From Monocercomonoides exilis PA203 (lineage: Eukaryota; Protista; Preaxostyla): a DNA stretch of 64,000 bases. Of this stretch, positions 36,797-48,778 are shown one piece after another. Within the stretch, counting starts at the first letter, position 1. Every line of letters begins with the position of its first letter. The position numbers and the translations under genes are program-made. Location of the stretch: positions 744,001 through 808,000 of the forward strand of contig LSRY02000025.1 in the NCBI GenBank assembly GCA_001643675.2. The letters are read 5' to 3'. The notes beneath the pieces were generated by a model. It was not told where the DNA came from, did no database searches, and worked only from the letters and a program-made list of their open reading frames with translations.

Positions 36797-39700
36797 ATGG
36801 AGCAACCAAGTTCTGTTTCATCGAAATATGACGCCATTCTATCTGCTTTAAGTTGTGTTGTTAATTCAACTGTACCAGTAAATAATCATCTTTTGAAGTC
36901 CTCAAATTCGCCAATAGAAGATAAATGCATGCAGCTTCTTCAAGCAGCAGAGAGAGGGCAATCTCTTTCTGAAAGTGAAACAAGTATTCCAAAATTAGCT
37001 ATTCCTTCGGCTTCAAAGCCTCAAATACATCCAGCACTTCAATTCCAAGAAGATCGTAATGTTGTGGATACATTTGCGTTTTACAACTTGCCTAGCGTAT
37101 CGCTTCTGTCATCTTCATCTCGCATTTCATCACGTTCATCTATTGCGTCTTCAAGAATAAGTTCAGACGAGCAAAATCGATCAAAGCCTGATGAAGAAAT
37201 AGAAGATTCTGAATCCGAAAAAACAAGTTCGAGAAAGTCTTCAATTCATCCTTTTGAAACCAATGTTTCAGATGGAAAGCATGAAAACAATGAAAATGTT
37301 CAAATTCAGCAAACAGAACAAAATAAAAGATTGGCGAATGCATCATCACCTTCTCCTCAGCCATATTCACCGACTGCTGAATTTGCAAAAATTGTTTTAA
37401 ATCAGATGTCAAAGAAAGCCCAATTTTTGAATCAACCGAGAAGATCTCATGAGCAAGTTAAAATTCAACCTCTGAGCATGATAGGTGTTGAATCGCCTTC
37501 AGCTTCTTCCACAGCACAATATCCTAAGCAACCTATCTCTTCTTTTGTTGGGACAGCGCTTTCTCCAGCTGCATTTTCAAGCACGCATCATTTTGGCTCT
37601 TCTCCACACACTCCGACTGAAACATTTTCATATTCAAGCTTATCACCTTCATCTCAATCAGTCATTCCAGCTTTGAATGGCTCGTATTTGAATCAAACAA
37701 CTCGGTCTTCAAATATGCCTTTGATTCCATCTTTGCCGTTTGTTTCAACTGAAGCCTCACAAAAGCGAATTTTTTCATTTCCTGAATCATACACGCCTCT
37801 TTTCTCTACGACATCAAAAGAAGAACAAGCTCGATCACTCACTCCAGAGCAACTGCACAAAATCTATCCATCTGCACTCACATCCTCAAGCCCACTTCTT
37901 CAAACAGAGAAGCAACAAGGTCAGAGTTTGCTTTCGCAATCAGAACAATCAACTCCAACGCTCAATCCTGTTTTTTCTCCACATGAGCATCTGTCTACTG
38001 TTTCTCCTCGAGTTATATCTGACTCATCTCACATGGCAAGTGATACTTTATCAATTCACTCTTTTGACGCTCCAATGGACATCGAACAGTTTCCGTCTGC
38101 CCTTTCAGCGCGTTCTGTTTCTCGTCCGAATACGAAAGATCTTCCAGCTTCTCATGATTCTTTTCCGCTTTCGACAAATGCACTGAAGCAAACGACTGAA
38201 GATAATAAGACTTTCACTAATCCGAATCAACTTGAAAAAGCTTCAACTTTGCCTTTCTCATTTGATCAGCAATTAGAAGCACAAGCACCTCTTATTCAGA
38301 TGCCTTTCAATAATGCAATGCACACTTTATTTCAAGATCCAATGGAGTTGCATAATGAGATTTCTGCACCTTTCTTGATGAACTCACAAAACACTGCAAT
38401 GCCATTAAGCCACATTTTCGATCAAACTCCAATTTCTATTCCAATGCAAATGCCTTATGCTGTTGCATTGGATCATCCAAGAGAACAAACGGAATTCACT
38501 TCTTCTTTTGCAGATGAAGGAGATGAAAGCTACGAAGATGAAAATGGAGGAGAGACAAGCAAACAAAATGTTTCAAAAGCAAATAAAAGAGGATTTCAAC
38601 AATCATCTGGCATTGCAAATCCTTCTTTTGCTTCTTCCTTACCTTCAAAACGAAAACGTAATGATCTGGAATCATCAACCACAAAGAGATCAGACAATAA
38701 ATCAGAAGAGAACATCCAAACAGCAAAGAAGAAGAAGAAGAAAGGGAAGAAGAAGAAGGAAGCGCGGAAGGAACAGCTGAAACAGCTTTTGCAGATGAAA
38801 GAGATTCTGTCTGATCTTGTCGATCTATCTGCAGCACAGCCAATTAGCTCTTCAACAGCACGCTCTGATTTTTCATCAACTCAAACTGCCCCGCCTTCTT
38901 CTCTTCCACTTTCGCTTTCGCTTCCGCCGCCTCCTCAGCCTCCTCCTTTTTCTCTTTTTTCATCGAATCCTTCATTCCCTTTTGCTGGTCAGTTGCAACA
39001 GCCTGTGAGTCAACTTGTACAAAGCAATGCTTCAAATCCACAGCCGTCAAACACAAACAATGAAACAAATATTAAACAGGCAGATCCAAATCAAACAGCA
39101 ACTGCAAATATGCCGCACCTTCACTTCGAATTGTTGCGCCGTACAATTGACGAGCAAAGTCCTTCTTCGTTTCATGTGCAATTATCTCCACAAAATGATA
39201 AAATGGCATCAAGAAAGGATAGCAACAATTTGAATCAGAATGAAAAAACAGAAAATTATAAGCAAAACACAGAGACTATTGTTAGCGAATTCAAGGCTGG
39301 TAATTCAAACAACAAAGAAGCCAAAACGAAAAATATTCTAAAAAGTTCTGAAGAATTGGAAAAGAGAGAATCAGAAAAAGTGAATGATGAAAAAAAATTC
39401 GATGAAAAGAAAGTTGAAAAGATTTCCCCTTCTTCTTCGCCAGAAGTATCAGAGCGTTCTTTTTCTGCTGATTCCTCGAGTAGTCAGAGAGATGCGTCAC
39501 ATAACTCAGATAAATCAACAGCTCATTCAAAACGCTCGTCAGAAAGAGAGCCTCCCTTGCAGAATGAAAAGGGGGTGAGGAAGAAAAGTCAAGGTACAAA
39601 AAATGAAATAAACGAAAAAGAGAGGAAAAGCAAGTCAAATAAAGAAGGATTGACCAAAAAAGAAGATGAAAATAGAAAACAGATTCCAAAGAAAAAATCA

Positions 39701-41818
39701 AGAGATGACATTGGAATTCGTCATCATTGCCCCTGTCTTGAACACGGAACAAGGCCAAAGCATTCCTTCGTACCACAAACGGAGCGTCAGCCTGAACATA
39801 ACAGAAAGCGAGAGAGAAGAATAAGGGCATATGATTTGCAAGAAGGAGATTTTGATCCTAAATTAGATCGAATAGAAGATGGGATAATGACAACGAGCAG
39901 AATTAGACAGCAGCCCTATCACTCTCACAGACATCATCGTCATTCATCATCAGCATCATCATCGTTATGTTCTTCTCATTCTCTTCATTCTTATCGTTCA
40001 TTATCTTCGCAATCTTCAGTTGAAAGTCTTCAATCTTCACTAAGTCAGGAAACTTCAGCATCTCATTCAACCACATCTCATTCTTATTCATATGCATCTT
40101 CATCGTCGCAAATGAGACCAGATGCTTTCTCCGCAGAGAAAGGAGCACATTTCCACGGTCATTATAACCCTAACCACCATCTGCATAATCACCATTTAGA
40201 GCACAATACTTCTTGGCAGCATCGTCAGTCTCGACCGTATTCTCATGCACTTTCTGAAAAAATGTCAGGTTATCATCAAATTAGCCCAAATGTAGCAGAA
40301 GATAATATCACTAGTAAGCCAACAATTCATCCTCCAACATTAATCTCATCGAGTTCTACTTCAAACAATGCATCAGATTCTGATCCTCTATCCATTTCCA
40401 TTTCTTCTTCAAAGCACTCTTCGTCTCCAACTATTGATCATTCTCATGTGTTGTATAAAAATATCCCTTCTCTTCTTCCTTCTTCCCCGCTCTTCACACG
40501 TAGCGATATTGAATGTCCAAAGAAAACCCCGTCGCTTATTCCTTTGATTCAGACATCAGACGAAAAGGAGCTTAGAGACAAGAAAAAGGAGGAAAAGAGA
40601 AAGAAGCCAGAAATTTTTGAAGAAAAGAGAGAAAATGATTACAATTCTCGAAAAGATTCAGAAGCCTCTCGATTTGCAAATGTGGCAAAAGAAGAAGTTG
40701 AAAAGAATGGAAACAAAAAAGAAGCTGGGCCAATTGAGGAAGAATATCAAACAGGAAGAAAAATGAAAGAAAAGAAAATCAGTGGTTTAGTCTATGCAAT
40801 TTCAAAAGAGGACGAAGAAGGAAGGAAAGAAGAAGGAAAGGATGAGATTGATGCTGAGGAACAAGAAGAAGAAGAAGAAGAATGGGAGATAGATTACGTT
40901 CTTAAAGATTCACAAGAAACAACATCAGAAAATCCAGAGTTGAGAATTCAATCGAACATTGATTCAGATAAAGCAGTTAGCGAACACAGAAAAGCAAAGA
41001 TGCAATTTCCGGACAAATCACAAAAGCTGCTTTGTGGAAATGAGGCTTCGCAATTAATACTCTCAAAACCAGAAATAGAAGGATTAATGCAGCAAATGCC
41101 TGGTAATGAGACAGGAACTGTTTCAAAGAAAGAAGTAACACAAAATTTCGCTTTGAGTGAAAACGAATCAGATGATGCTATTAATAAAAGCAATGCTCGT
41201 ATTTCCGAGAATGAAAATGACATCAAGAAAGAAGAGTCGCCTCCATTTTCGTCTCGTGTTCCTTCTTTTGCTCGCAAGCAGCCAGATGATTCAAGAATGT
41301 TGAACTCTTCCAAGTCATCTTCTGCAACTTCTTCTTTTGCTTCATCATCATCTTCTTCTTCTTCCAAAAACACATCGTTTCCTGATTTTGCTTTTTCAAT
41401 GAAGGAAATCGAAAAATCCAACAAATCTTTACAACCGCCCTACATTCATTCCTCGAATACGGTTGGTTTGCCCTCTTTCACTCAGCAGCCGCCTCTTCCA
41501 CACCATCGCCACAATCAACCTACCAATCATATAGAAAGCGCATCTGTTAGTCTGGAAAAGCCTTTATCTTCAAGCAATACTCAATTTTCAGTGGAAAATT
41601 TTCACTCACCTTCAAGTTATGGATCATTGGATCTTTCGCTTTCTACATCCTCTTTTTCTCCGAGATCATCTTTTTGGAGTCTCGATGTTCAAAGAGAAGC
41701 GTTGAGAAAGACTTCTGAAACAAAAGATAACACGGAGCATGATGTTGATAGCCAACCAGAAACTCCGCCTGCAACACCTCTATCGCTAAGCTCAAACGAT
41801 ATTGAAGATATTATTTAG
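36797..41818 (+). CDS. Uncharacterised, predominantly disordered Ser/Pro/Gln- and K/E-rich protein (1673 aa), divergent from PP5 (214 bp between ATGs)
   Basis: 5-kb uninterrupted ORF; basic NLS-like tracts (PSKRKR, KKKKKKGKKKK); no recognised domain. Confidence 0.75.
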   Translation: MEQPSSVSSKYDAILSALSCVVNSTVPVNNHLLKSSNSPIEDKCMQLLQAAERGQSLSESETSIPKLAIPSASKPQIHPALQFQEDRNVVDTFAFYNLPSVSLLSSSSRISSRSSIASSRISSDEQNRSKPDEEIEDSESEKTSSRKSSIHPFETNVSDGKHENNENVQIQQTEQNKRLANASSPSPQPYSPTAEFAKIVLNQMSKKAQFLNQPRRSHEQVKIQPLSMIGVESPSASSTAQYPKQPISSFVGTALSPAAFSSTHHFGSSPHTPTETFSYSSLSPSSQSVIPALNGSYLNQTTRSSNMPLIPSLPFVSTEASQKRIFSFPESYTPLFSTTSKEEQARSLTPEQLHKIYPSALTSSSPLLQTEKQQGQSLLSQSEQSTPTLNPVFSPHEHLSTVSPRVISDSSHMASDTLSIHSFDAPMDIEQFPSALSARSVSRPNTKDLPASHDSFPLSTNALKQTTEDNKTFTNPNQLEKASTLPFSFDQQLEAQAPLIQMPFNNAMHTLFQDPMELHNEISAPFLMNSQNTAMPLSHIFDQTPISIPMQMPYAVALDHPREQTEFTSSFADEGDESYEDENGGETSKQNVSKANKRGFQQSSGIANPSFASSLPSKRKRNDLESSTTKRSDNKSEENIQTAKKKKKKGKKKKEARKEQLKQLLQMKEILSDLVDLSAAQPISSSTARSDFSSTQTAPPSSLPLSLSLPPPPQPPPFSLFSSNPSFPFAGQLQQPVSQLVQSNASNPQPSNTNNETNIKQADPNQTATANMPHLHFELLRRTIDEQSPSSFHVQLSPQNDKMASRKDSNNLNQNEKTENYKQNTETIVSEFKAGNSNNKEAKTKNILKSSEELEKRESEKVNDEKKFDEKKVEKISPSSSPEVSERSFSADSSSSQRDASHNSDKSTAHSKRSSEREPPLQNEKGVRKKSQGTKNEINEKERKSKSNKEGLTKKEDENRKQIPKKKSRDDIGIRHHCPCLEHGTRPKHSFVPQTERQPEHNRKRERRIRAYDLQEGDFDPKLDRIEDGIMTTSRIRQQPYHSHRHHRHSSSASSSLCSSHSLHSYRSLSSQSSVESLQSSLSQETSASHSTTSHSYSYASSSSQMRPDAFSAEKGAHFHGHYNPNHHLHNHHLEHNTSWQHRQSRPYSHALSEKMSGYHQISPNVAEDNITSKPTIHPPTLISSSSTSNNASDSDPLSISISSSKHSSSPTIDHSHVLYKNIPSLLPSSPLFTRSDIECPKKTPSLIPLIQTSDEKELRDKKKEEKRKKPEIFEEKRENDYNSRKDSEASRFANVAKEEVEKNGNKKEAGPIEEEYQTGRKMKEKKISGLVYAISKEDEEGRKEEGKDEIDAEEQEEEEEEWEIDYVLKDSQETTSENPELRIQSNIDSDKAVSEHRKAKMQFPDKSQKLLCGNEASQLILSKPEIEGLMQQMPGNETGTVSKKEVTQNFALSENESDDAINKSNARISENENDIKKEESPPFSSRVPSFARKQPDDSRMLNSSKSSSATSSFASSSSSSSSKNTSFPDFAFSMKEIEKSNKSLQPPYIHSSNTVGLPSFTQQPPLPHHRHNQPTNHIESASVSLEKPLSSSNTQFSVENFHSPSSYGSLDLSLSTSSFSPRSSFWSLDVQREALRKTSETKDNTEHDVDSQPETPPATPLSLSSNDIEDII

Positions 41819-41861
41819 TTTTTTTCGAAACATGTATGATCAAGACCATATTTTTATTTAA

Positions 41862-42258
41862 ATGCCTTCAAAAAAATCAAAAAACAGTAAAATTGTTAAA
41901 GATAAATATGCAGAACTAGACATCGTGTTTTTATCGGACGATGATACTAAGGAGCAAGTTGCTCCTTCGTTTGATGAGCTCTGCAACGATTTGGAGCATT
42001 ACCAACAAGAAAAACATGTTTGATGATTTTTTTTGTAGAATAAACAAAAAGAAATGACTGTAAATTTTTTTCATCATTTTAATTTAGGAAATGGCTTCTA
42101 AAAAAAATTCAGCAGAAGAGATAATAGAGCCGGAAGTTCCAAAAGATCTTCAACAAATTGAGGAAATGTTTTCCCACATTCACGATGCTTTGTTTACGGG
42201 AGATGTTGCGGAAATGTTGAAAATTAATGAGCACACTCTAACTTCAGTCGAAAGCTGA
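41862..42258 (+). CDS. Small two-exon acidic hypothetical protein (~108 aa), absent from the ORF track; intron 42018-42087
   Basis: MPSKKSKNSKIVKDKYAELDIVFLSDDDTKEQVAPSFDELCNDLEHYQQEKH|EMASKKNSAEEIIEPEVPKDLQQIEEMFSHIHDALFTGDVAEMLKINEHTLTSVES*; GTTTGA...TTTAG phase-0 intron. Confidence 0.7.
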
Positions 42259-42614
42259 AACTTATATCGTCTAAGGACATTTGAATTTATAAATAATCTG
42301 TTGAAGTTATTTGTTCAAATAAATTCGAATTTTCTTTTTTCATTTGATGTTTTTCGAACTTGATGTAATGTATTTATTATTCATTGTTATGTGTTTCAAA
42401 GACTTAAAGAAGTTGGTTCTTTTTTTATAATTGAATTAATAGAATTTTGTGCTTTAAGTTTGGCTGCGCGTAAATATAATTAATTGAAATGCACACATGT
42501 TATGAATTTATTCATTGTTTTTCAAATACAATTTCCCAATTAACTGTAAAGCCCATTTTTTTATTTTTCAAAATCATACAGGATCAATTAACTCTGAAAA
42601 GTCGTTTCAAATCA

Positions 42615-43778
42615 ATGGGATGTATATTTTCTTTCAGAAAAAAGAAATCCCAAGCATACTATGATATTAAGTTGAGAGAACTTGCTGCACAGTTTCGAGA
42701 ACTTCAAGCAATCGCAGTAGACTCACGCTCAAGTCTTGAAAAGAATCAGACAATTTTAAATTTTGCTTTCAGTTTTCTGGCTTGTATTTGGATCACTTTG
42801 ATTGGATTACAGAAGGTTCCTCCATTAACAATTTTGGTTGTCATAGCGCTGTTTATTATTTGCAGACTTTTATTGACTTGGAGGCACTCAACAAAAGTCG
42901 CATCAATTTCCGAAAAACTCAATAAATGTATTGAAGATACTGAAATTTCCTCTGACGATGCGCTTGAACACTTAAATGGAAAATCAGCAAACAGAATATT
43001 AACAAAGTATCATATTCCTGTTGAAGAAAAGCAAAGAACTGAATATTTTGATGCGCTAAGACGGAGAGTGTTCAAACTTTCTCAGCAAGCTCCTTCACAG
43101 TCACATTTAGAAAAATCCGTTTCATCAAGACCCATGCATTCTGTTTCATTTCAGAATTCTCAAATATCTTCATCCAATAATTCTCATTTTGCAACTCAAT
43201 CAGAAATAATGTTACCTGCTCCTTCAAAAACTCCTCAACCACAGCATACGCAGCATTTTATTCCATCAACAGAACTGGAAAAAAGGCCTGTTTCAACGCC
43301 TCTAACTTCTTCACATGAGCCTGGAGTTGCTCAGGAAAATGTTTTTCCTTCATCTTCATTTTCCTCCTCTTTATCCTCTTCTTCGTCTTCGTCATCTTCG
43401 TCTTCGTCTTCGTCATCTTCGTCTTCGTCACCGTCATCTCCATCTCCTTCATCTGCTTCTGCTTCTGCTTCTGCTTCTCCTCCTTCATCACCGTCATCAT
43501 CATCTCGATTATCATCTAATATCACAACATCTTCATTATCATCGGCTCAACCATTTCAGAATAATGATATTTCACATCAACCATCGACTGAGATCATTTC
43601 TCCAATCTCGTCAACTCCTCCATCATCTGAATCGCCTTCTCAAAGTAATTCTGAAGCTCATTCGAACGGCGATGTCTCTTCAATCGCTTGTCAGGATCCA
43701 CTGCCCACTTCAGATGAAAATGCAACTGTTATGCAAAGAAAATCTAAGAAAGGAAATAATCCTGAAAATTCGGAGTGA
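42615..43778 (+). CDS. Lunapark-like ER junction protein lacking the C-terminal zinc finger
   Basis: MGCIFSFRKKK (myristoylation-type start), coiled coil, two closely spaced TMs, second coiled coil ending SANRILTKY (cf. Lnp TAKLILERF), then a Ser/Pro-rich tail. Confidence 0.6.
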   Translation: MGCIFSFRKKKSQAYYDIKLRELAAQFRELQAIAVDSRSSLEKNQTILNFAFSFLACIWITLIGLQKVPPLTILVVIALFIICRLLLTWRHSTKVASISEKLNKCIEDTEISSDDALEHLNGKSANRILTKYHIPVEEKQRTEYFDALRRRVFKLSQQAPSQSHLEKSVSSRPMHSVSFQNSQISSSNNSHFATQSEIMLPAPSKTPQPQHTQHFIPSTELEKRPVSTPLTSSHEPGVAQENVFPSSSFSSSLSSSSSSSSSSSSSSSSSSSPSSPSPSSASASASASPPSSPSSSSRLSSNITTSSLSSAQPFQNNDISHQPSTEIISPISSTPPSSESPSQSNSEAHSNGDVSSIACQDPLPTSDENATVMQRKSKKGNNPENSE

Positions 43779-44339
43779 AATAAGAATTAATAATATGTTT
43801 TCATTTTTAAATTGTTTTTTGGATTTAAAAAAGCAATTTATCTTTTTGAAAACTTTGCTTATAGAAAAAAAAAACCTTTTTACATTTTTTTTTTGAATTT
43901 TCTAATAATGAACAAAATTTTTTGTGCATTTATTATTTGTTTCATCGATTACGGGTTTGTATTAATGAGAAAAAATGCAAATTGCATTGGCTTTCTTTTT
44001 ATATATCAATAAGTCGATCCTCTCTTTTTCTCTGAATTGATTTTATTGAAAGTTTGATTATTTTTTTCTGTATAATTACCATCAAGATTAGAAGAAAATT
44101 AGAAAAAAGTGATATTATAAATAATGTTCAAAAAAAGAAAGAAAGAAATCTTTTTATTCTCTGTTACGATTAGCTTTCAAGCATATCCTTTAGAAAATCA
44201 CTGATTCCCAGATTCTTTATCATCAATTATTTTTGATTGAGAAATACCATCTGAAATCATTTCGATTCAATCAAAAAAAAAAAATTGTTTTCATTTTCAT
44301 ATCCTCGATTTCAAATTTGTTTGGAGGATCGATGTTTTG

Positions 44340-44650
44340 AAATAAAGAGAGAAATTGAGGAAAAATACAGACTTTCAAGCTTTTTATCCACAAAGCATTA
44401 AATATTTGTTTAGCTCATTACTTTAAATATCTTTCTCAGATTTCATAATAAATTTGATTATCATATCTGTAAACAAACCAAATCGATATTATATGAAAAA
44501 GTTTTGTAACATTTCACGAATGTCAAAAAACCAACCCGTTTCAATAGCATTTTTTGATGACAGAAGGTTCATCTTTGGTACATAATTTTTCGATGAAAAT
44601 ACCTGACGAGAAATATTTTGCACCAATTCTCATATTTTTCTATTATGTCC
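44340..44650 (+). repeat. Family B repeat copy
   Basis: GAGGAAAAATACAGACTTTCAAGCTTTTTATCCACAAAGCATT...; aligns by eye with 1480-1740. Confidence 0.65.
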
Positions 44651-45109
44651 TTTCGAAAAGTTGAAAAAAATAATAAGTTATTCTCGTAATTTTTTTTCTT
44701 GATGGAAATAATCCTCATTAAACAAAACTGAATTGTCAAATGCAAAAAATTAACAAAAAAAAGAGAAAGAAAAAAATAAGTGTTTGTGATACAAAATTTT
44801 AAACCAGTTAGCATTTTGTTTCATTCCTGAGATATGTGTTTCTGAGTCTGAACAAATGTTTTATAGAAATTTATATGAAAACAAAAATGAGTCGATTCGC
44901 AATTACATTTTTGTTGCATATTGCCGTTGAAATGAGTGAATATTTTTTTCAAATCATATTTTTTTCGGTGTATCATTAATTCAAAGGTTTTTCAAAACAA
45001 TCAAATCAATTTCACTAGAATATTGAATGCTGAATTATTACTGCAAAAGTCAAAGTTTTATATGAAAAAACATCAGAGACTTCATTAAATATTCATCTCT
45101 TTTCAAAGT

Positions 45110-45500
45110 TTATTAATAAATATTCATATGGTGCAAAATATTTAACTTCAGGCATTTTCATTGAAAAATGATGCACTTCAGATTAATTTTTTGTGTTCAA
45201 AAATCTTAATAAAAATAGGCTAATTTTTTGACATTCATATAAGGTCACAAAACTTTTCGTAATAACATCTATGATGGCTATTTGTCGATAAGAAAAACCA
45301 TTAGATTTTGATGTTTGAGTAAGTTTGATTTTGTTTTGAGTGAAACATTTCTTCAACGCTTTGTTGAAAAAAGCTTGAAAGTCCATTTTTTCCTCCAAAT
45401 ATTCAAGTGATATAGAAATAGATTGATTTCAATCAATTTTTGTTTCCATTCATGATATTTCAGTTGAACGGAAAGGTTTTTTCAACAATGTTATTTTTTC
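45110..45500 (-). repeat. Family B repeat copy, inverted relative to 44340-44650
   Basis: Reverse complement GGAGGAAAAAATGGACTTTCAAGCTTTTTTCAACAAAGCG...GAATGTCAAAAAA...GAAAATGCCTGAAGTTAAATATTTTGCACCA. Confidence 0.65.
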
Positions 45501-46107
45501 CTTCCCAATGCATTTTCTTGAATGTGAACCGATGCTTGATCAAAAAAAAAGTTATTATATAACTTTGAAGACTTGACAACAGAGATTTTCCCAATTAATT
45601 GGCAGCAGGTGTTAAATGATAATGGATTACAACAAAATGTTGTTTCATTTGAAAAAAAAGATTATTGGTTATGATCTTCAATATATTTATATATTTTAAC
45701 AAAAGCAAAAGTCAAATTTGAAATGATTATCATTATCTTTTTGAAAGGAATATTCATAATTTATTGTTCATTTCCAAATAATCAGAATGTGTTTTCTCTC
45801 CAAATTGTTTTTTAAAAAACAAAAAATTTCATCAACAATCACTCACTTTGTTTCAAATTTCAATTCAACTTTTATTCTTTTTGTGATTATTGGAAATTGA
45901 ATAAAAATTATGAAAATATAATAAATCAATTGCCTTTAATAAAATGAAATCTTCAAAAATTTTCCAAAGCAACTCCGTTCTTATTCAAAACTCGAAAGAG
46001 AGAATTAATTTTTAGAAATAAAAACAAAACAAAAACATAAAAAAATAAAAATAAAAATAAAAATGAAAATGAAAATAAAAATAAAATTAAATAAAATAAA
46101 ATTTGCT

Positions 46108-47500
46108 TTAAAGATTAACCAAAAACATTGAATAATTCTGATAACCTTTGTCACTCCGAGCTCCCATCATGCCAGACAACTGTTGTTGAAAGCTTATCAT
46201 TATTTCTTCGAAGCCCTCGTTCTCGTACGCATCAAATATCTCTCTTTTTCGCTTCTTTTTAATAGCATCAATTTCTTTGATATTATTTTCAGTTTTTCCA
46301 TTTCCTTTCTCCGCAAATGATTCTTTGACTTTCACAAAAAATATTATACAATGCCATATCGTTAAATCATCCAGCGACATTTGACTAAATATCTCCAAAA
46401 CTAATTCAATAGCTCCGCCTTTCAACAGTTCATCGATATCAGCAACATTTTGAAGCAGCATTATCCTAAAAATATTAATGAATTTAATCTTCGTTTCTTT
46501 GAAATCCTTTTCGGACTCTTTACACTTTTGACAGATGTATTCAATAAACCCTGAAAAATCTTTTTCCTCGTTAAACCTAAACCAAAGAAAAAAACGTTCC
46601 AAAGTATCAATCCACCTCTTGATGATGAATGCTTCATCATCGCATTCTTCCTTTTTCTTCCAATCCACACACTTTGAAAGCTCCACAAGTTCTCTTGCTG
46701 CTTCCATTGCAAAATGAAGCTTGCTCACAACCTCATTTCCCAATCTTTCGTTTCCCACAAGTCTATTTATCAAAAACCGCCAAGCCGATTGATACGCAAG
46801 TCGTGTAAGGTTGTGATGCACTTGATGATATTGGATGATCGCTTTGATCTGATTCAAATACAATTTTGTATTTATTTTCTTTAAAATATTAATATGATAA
46901 TAACAATTTAAAAAAATAACTGCAAATGTTCAAACCCAAGCCATATTGATGCAACTCAAAGCCAGCAATGCCATTTCCACTTCTTTTCGCGTTTCCTCGT
47001 CCTTTTCTTTGTTCAACGCAACTTTCAAGGCACTGCGAATACATATTGGAAGTAATTTTTGTGAAACAGAGTCCTCCACCAACATTAGATAGTATTCGCA
47101 AAAATCACAAAGCAATTTTTCATTTCTCTCTTCTTTTTTCGTCTCTTCTTCAATAATAATCTTCTCAAATATTATGAAAAGCGGAAAAAAATCAGAATGA
47201 ATGATACATGGCCTTTTGGATATTCTGATATATCCTATACACTTCAACAATGGAATTGCATTTTCCAAATACAGTTTTTTTTGTTCAACCATTATGCCAA
47301 TTTTCGCGAACAATCTTTTTGTAGTAATAGACAATAATTCTTCTTCATGCGCATCATAAATCAATTCTTTCATCTCTTCGAATTTATGTTTTTGTTCATC
47401 GATTGAGATATGATCCAATTCAGAAAGGATCTCTTTAAAAATTTAAAGAAAAAATATTAGATTGAAAATTAAAGTTCATTAAACTCTGAAACTTTTCCGT
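46108..47500 (-). CDS. Member of an alpha-helical (ARM-like) hypothetical protein family that I recall as expanded in Monocercomonoides; intron near 46880-46935; 5' end uncertain
   Basis: Blocks SELDHISIDEQKHKFEEM, ALKVALNKEKDEETRKEVEMALLALSCI, YLNQIKAIIQYHQVHHNLTRLAYQSAWRFLI, LHFAMEAARELVELSKCVDWKKK. Family assignment is from recall, not a search. Confidence 0.7.
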
Positions 47501-48284
47501 CAATAAACTCTTTTAAATTGCACAAAGTGCAAGAAATAACCAAATAACAGCAATTATTTTATTTTTGTTAATTAAAAATATCAACAAGAAGAAAATCATT
47601 GCAAACGGGATAAAATCATTATATAAATAAATCACACGTCTTTGGGAACCTTGCCCATATGTTTCCAACTTTAGCGAAGTCAAACAGCACAAAAATTTGA
47701 AAGCGATAAAATAATTATGATATTGATTTGATCATTTTTAAATATTAAATTCGAAATTTTTTAAAGTGAAGAGAGAGAACAATGTTAAAGATAGAAATGC
47801 TTCGATCAGTGAAACTATTTTAATCATCAAACAATCATAAAAAAGAGAATCAATAATTGTGGCTTCCTTTGTAATTTTTTAATCACTATGCTGTGAGCTT
47901 TTTTTTTCATCATTTATTTATTATTAATGAAAATAAACAATTTCATTCAATAAGAATAAATCTGAATTTATGAAATGGGGCTATTATTTTTTTTATTTGT
48001 TGAAAACCACTGTTTATAACAAATTTTTTGTGAATTAATGTTGAAAAATTTTGGAAATTTATCAAATATCAAAATAGATTCAATTATGTTGGTTAAACTA
48101 TATTTTATTTGATAAATATTTTTTTCACAAATCTTCCCTTCAGAATTTCAGACCTATTTTTGAAAAGCACTTTGAAGATGCACAAATAACTTTTCTTTAA
48201 ATTTATCTATGTTTATTTTTGTTATAAAACATTACTTCATTAAAAACTGAAACAATAACCAATGATATATTAGACAAGCCATTT

Positions 48285-48289
<5 letters not shown>

Positions 48290-48315
<26 letters not shown>
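48290..48315 (+). repeat. A26 homopolymer
   Basis: Direct reading of the sequence. Confidence 0.9.
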
Positions 48316-48778
48316 TACACAAATGAATCTATTCAGCAAATGCAAAGGCTGATATGAGCGAAGATCACTTTGATGCTAATAATGATTGATTTCATTTCAT
48401 TTTCTTTTCACTCCAATTAACATCTGAGGAAAAATTTCTTTATCAAGTCTTGAATGCATTTTCATGATAATTACCAAACGAAGAGTCTAATTTTGTTCAT
48501 TTTTTAAGAATGGTTTATAATGTTGAAACTTAAAAAAAAAGGTCAATAAGAACTAAGTCCATTTGCAAATGAAACACTTATGAACTTTCCTTTAACGATT
48601 CTTTGATAAAAAACAATACTGCGTTAAATGTAAGTTATCTTTTTTTTTCTTTTTTTCAAAAAACCATCCTTGTAAATAACCCAAGCTATGAGAATAGCAA
48701 AGGCACTTATAAATTACAACAATAACAATAACAACAACTTAAAAAAAAAGAAAAATCGATTGAGTGAACGCTGCTTAA

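Noticed and set aside
48290-48315. A26 tract as a retroposon tail
   Set aside because: No target-site duplication or recognisable upstream element.
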